Origin: an uncultured delta proteobacterium
GTDB lineage: Bacteria > Desulfobacterota > Binatia > UBA9968
Assembly (NCBI GenBank): GCA_963737905.1
Contig: CAVTUQ010000034.1
Coordinates: 107,879-171,878 of the forward strand
Length of the DNA stretch: 64,000 bases
Reading direction: 5' to 3'
In this document: positions 61,494 through 64,000 of the stretch, one piece after another
Position numbering within the stretch: position 1 is the first letter of the stretch
How the letters are laid out: every line of letters begins with the position of its first letter
Notes under the pieces: generated by a model
The model's database searches: none
What the model was told of the DNA's origin: nothing
The model's input: the letters and a program-made list of their open reading frames with translations, nothing else
Translations under genes and position numbers: made by a program

Positions 61494-62801
61494 ATGCGGC
61501 GAAGGAAAGTCAACGTTCGAGAGAGCCTCCGGTCTTCGTTCAAAGACGGCATCTTTGCCTCCTTCATGGGCGGCGTTACCGATCATTATGCGACGCCGCT
61601 GGCGCTCTTCCTGGGCGCCACCGTGCAACAGGTTGGGTTGATCACCGCTCTTCCAAATCTCCTGTCGTCTCTTTCGCAGTTTTTCGCGGTGCGAGTCATC
61701 TATTGGGTCGGCGGCCGGCTTAAATTGCTGGTGCGTTTGGTTTTTTCTCAAGCTTCGCTGATTCTTTGCATCGCCATCCTCCCTTGGCTCGAAGTGCCCA
61801 ACGGCGTGGAGCTGTTGGCGTTTCTGTTAATTCTTGCCGCTGTGTGCGGCGGGCTGGCAGGACCGGCGTGGGGCAGCTTGATGAGCGACTACATCCCGTC
61901 CAGCAAGCGGGGGCGATATTTTGGATGGCGCAACCGGACCATAGGTGCGGTGGCCTTGGGTAGCGTGATCACGTCGGGATTGATACTCAATTCATTTCGG
62001 GAAGTTTCGTACGGCGCCGGATTTTTGATTATTTTTTCTTTAGCAGCTTTGGCGCGCTACGCGTCGGCTTATTTCATCAAGCAGATGGACGAGCCGCCGC
62101 ACCGAAGAGATCCCGCCAGCGATTTTACTTTCCTCATGTTCGTCGCCCGTTTTAGAGAGAGTAACTTTTTCAAGTTCGTGGTTTTTTGTGCTTGTCTGAC
62201 TTTTGCTACCTACCTGTCGGCGCCTTTTTTCGCCGTCTTCATGCTGCGTGACCTGCAGTTGAGCTATCTCACCTATATGGCGCTCCAGGTTTGCTCTTCA
62301 TTCGCTTCGCTGGTTGCTCTGCCGCTCTGGGGCAAACACGCGGACCTGGTTGGCAACGTCAGAGTCCTTCGGCTAAGCTCCTTTTTTGCAGCGCTAGTCC
62401 CGGCGTTTTGGCTTTTCTCGCGCGATCCGGCTTACCTGATGCTGGTTCAGATCTGGGGAGGGTTTTCCTGGAGCGGGGTGACGCTCAGCGCGGCAAACTT
62501 TATCTATGACGCCGTCACGCCGCAAAAACGAGTTCGCTGCATCGCGTATTTTAACGTGATCAACGGCGTGGCACTTTTTCTCGGCTCTTCCTTGGGCGGC
62601 TTTCTCGCCGCACGGTTGCCGCTACTTTTTGGCTATAGTCTGCTCAGCCTCTTCGCTCTTTCTTGTTTCTGCCGGCTTTTCTTTTATGTATTGCTCTCGC
62701 GCTCTTTTCACGAGGTGAGACCGGCGCACGAGGTTGCCATCCACGAGCTGTTCTTCAGCGTCGTCGGCATTCGCCCGCTGGTGGGCCGGGCCCGCGACTA
62801 A
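61494..62801 (+). CDS. MFS transporter
   Basis: PAWGSLMSD.IP..RGRYFG, WGKHADLVGN, about 12 TM segments. Confidence 0.88.
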   Translation: MRRRKVNVRESLRSSFKDGIFASFMGGVTDHYATPLALFLGATVQQVGLITALPNLLSSLSQFFAVRVIYWVGGRLKLLVRLVFSQASLILCIAILPWLEVPNGVELLAFLLILAAVCGGLAGPAWGSLMSDYIPSSKRGRYFGWRNRTIGAVALGSVITSGLILNSFREVSYGAGFLIIFSLAALARYASAYFIKQMDEPPHRRDPASDFTFLMFVARFRESNFFKFVVFCACLTFATYLSAPFFAVFMLRDLQLSYLTYMALQVCSSFASLVALPLWGKHADLVGNVRVLRLSSFFAALVPAFWLFSRDPAYLMLVQIWGGFSWSGVTLSAANFIYDAVTPQKRVRCIAYFNVINGVALFLGSSLGGFLAARLPLLFGYSLLSLFALSCFCRLFFYVLLSRSFHEVRPAHEVAIHELFFSVVGIRPLVGRARD

Positions 62802-62819
62802 CCCGCCGGCCTAGAGCCG

Positions 62820-62895
62820 ATGGCGTATAGCTTATAGCATATGATTGGGATGTTCGGATGTTCTAACTATAGGCCATAGGCTATTAGCCATATGC
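62820..62895. repeat. Type A heptamer-repeat hairpin, copy 2
   Basis: ATGGCGT ATAGCTT ATAGCAT - loop containing TTCGGATGTTCTAA - AGGCCAT AGGCTAT TAGCCAT. Confidence 0.8.
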
Positions 62896-62909
62896 GAAGC
62901 GAAGAAGAC

Positions 62910-63770
62910 TCAGCGCAGTTTGTCACACGACTGACAAAGAGCGTCGATGACCTCCTCCAGCGTCGGGGGCGGGTCGGTGTGATCTTTGAAGGGTGCGAGT
63001 CGCTGCCAGATATCGGCAGCCGCGTCGTGAAAGCCCGGTGTCAATCCGGCGGCGGCGAAGCTTTCAGCGATCTCTTTCATTTCACCCACGTAGCGCCACG
63101 CTTTGGGCGCTGCAACGGCGGCGGCCCGCGTGCTCTTTCGCGCGAGATCCGGTTGGGAGATGCTCCATTCCTCGCTGAGGGCCCGATCAACCCCTTCGAT
63201 GGCTGCCAGCGCGCGGATCGCCAGCACCAACCCATCGGTGCATTTAGTCCAGGCGGCGTAGACGACCTTGAGTGCGGAGGCGGCGCCTGGGTTTGGACCG
63301 ATGGCCCTGGCGTGGAGCATGCTTGCTGAAAAAAGCTCCGCTACTTCTGGTGCCCGGCTTCCCGAGAGATAAAGCCGGGTCGTTCCAGCTTGTTTGACGG
63401 GAGAGCCGATAATTCCCCCATCCACAAAACTCGCTCCCGCTTTGGTTACTGTCTGGCCGATTTCTTCTGCCGTGGCTCGAGAGACGGCATTGGCGTCGAC
63501 GTAGAGACCTTTAAAATTGTGCTCCGCCACGTTCCGGGCGAGATCGAGAGCAGCATCCGGCGGACACACCGAAAGAATGACTTCGCTCTCCCGGACGGCA
63601 TCGGCGAGATTCTTGACATCGACGAGACCCGCTCGGTTAGCCCGATCTTGCGTGGCTTGACTGCGTTGATGCGACACCCAGATCACCCGAGCACCGCTCG
63701 TAGCAGCGGCCGCTCCGATAGTCACACCCATATTCCCCGGATGGAGCAGTGCGACGGTCTTAAAGTACAT
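62910..63770 (-). CDS. NAD(P)-dependent oxidoreductase with DUF1932 (6PGD/3-hydroxyisobutyrate dehydrogenase-like)
   Basis: HPGNMG, SVCPP, VDANAVS, FVDGGIIG, ASALK, KAWRYVGEM. Confidence 0.9.
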   Translation of the reverse strand: MYFKTVALLHPGNMGVTIGAAAATSGARVIWVSHQRSQATQDRANRAGLVDVKNLADAVRESEVILSVCPPDAALDLARNVAEHNFKGLYVDANAVSRATAEEIGQTVTKAGASFVDGGIIGSPVKQAGTTRLYLSGSRAPEVAELFSASMLHARAIGPNPGAASALKVVYAAWTKCTDGLVLAIRALAAIEGVDRALSEEWSISQPDLARKSTRAAAVAAPKAWRYVGEMKEIAESFAAAGLTPGFHDAAADIWQRLAPFKDHTDPPPTLEEVIDALCQSCDKLR

Positions 63771-63858
63771 GGTTAGTTCCTCCCAAAGCGTGATTACTTT
63801 TTAAAGCTAATCGATAGCCGTTCTTACAGTCAAGGGCCTCTTCGGTTTCGGTCATGCA

Positions 63859-63940
63859 GTTCAAAGTTCCGGGTTCAAGGTTCAAAGGGACGGGCAGGCA
63901 GTTTATTCTACGTTGAACTTTCAACGTTGAACCTTGAACT
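63859..63940. repeat. Type B repeat hairpin, copy 2 (arms reversed)
   Basis: GTTCAAA GTTCCGG GTTCAAG GTTCAAA ... TTGAACT TTCAACG TTGAACC TTGAACT. Confidence 0.75.
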
Positions 63941-64000
63941 CCTAGGGGTTTCCTCTTTGCCGCTTGGCATTTTGGTTTGCGGCGGTATGTTATGATACGG

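Noticed and set aside
63964-63980. TTGGCATTTTGGTTTGC as a sigma54 promoter
   Set aside because: GG-to-GC spacing is 11 rather than the required 10

Overview
64-kb bacterial chromosomal window of moderately high GC. It holds about 50 genes for envelope, efflux and organic-acid metabolism, and I found no rRNA, tRNA, CRISPR array, integrase or transposase. The gene repertoire (NMT1/SsuA- and TctC-type binding proteins, an orphan xanthine-dehydrogenase-family subunit, CoA enzymes) suggests a Binatia/Deltaproteobacteria-like MAG; this is inference only. Many genes are split by indels clustered at 2-10, 13, 22-30 and 34-35 kb, most likely uncorrected long-read errors, so I annotate them as reconstructed CDSs. 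Main observations: (1) a 1-18 kb envelope/metal island carrying four co-oriented copies of an unassigned ~29-bp motif (TTTCA-N5-ATTAC-N5-TRAA). It contains a variant PAP2 phosphatase, a NarX/NarL-like pair, an RND system, FetAB, a hidden cupredoxin-heme protein-outer membrane protein operon, a cis-prenyltransferase and a GT9-ICMT methyltransferase fusion. (2) An ECF sigma/anti-sigma/periplasmic sensor module whose apparent promoter (ACTTT-N10-TTCGTAT) recurs in front of macAB-OMF. (3) A mosaic itaconate/methylsuccinate-like CoA cluster plus a second CoA catabolic operon. (4) Dispersed tandem-repeat hairpins, two types of which bracket single genes in the same order at two loci.
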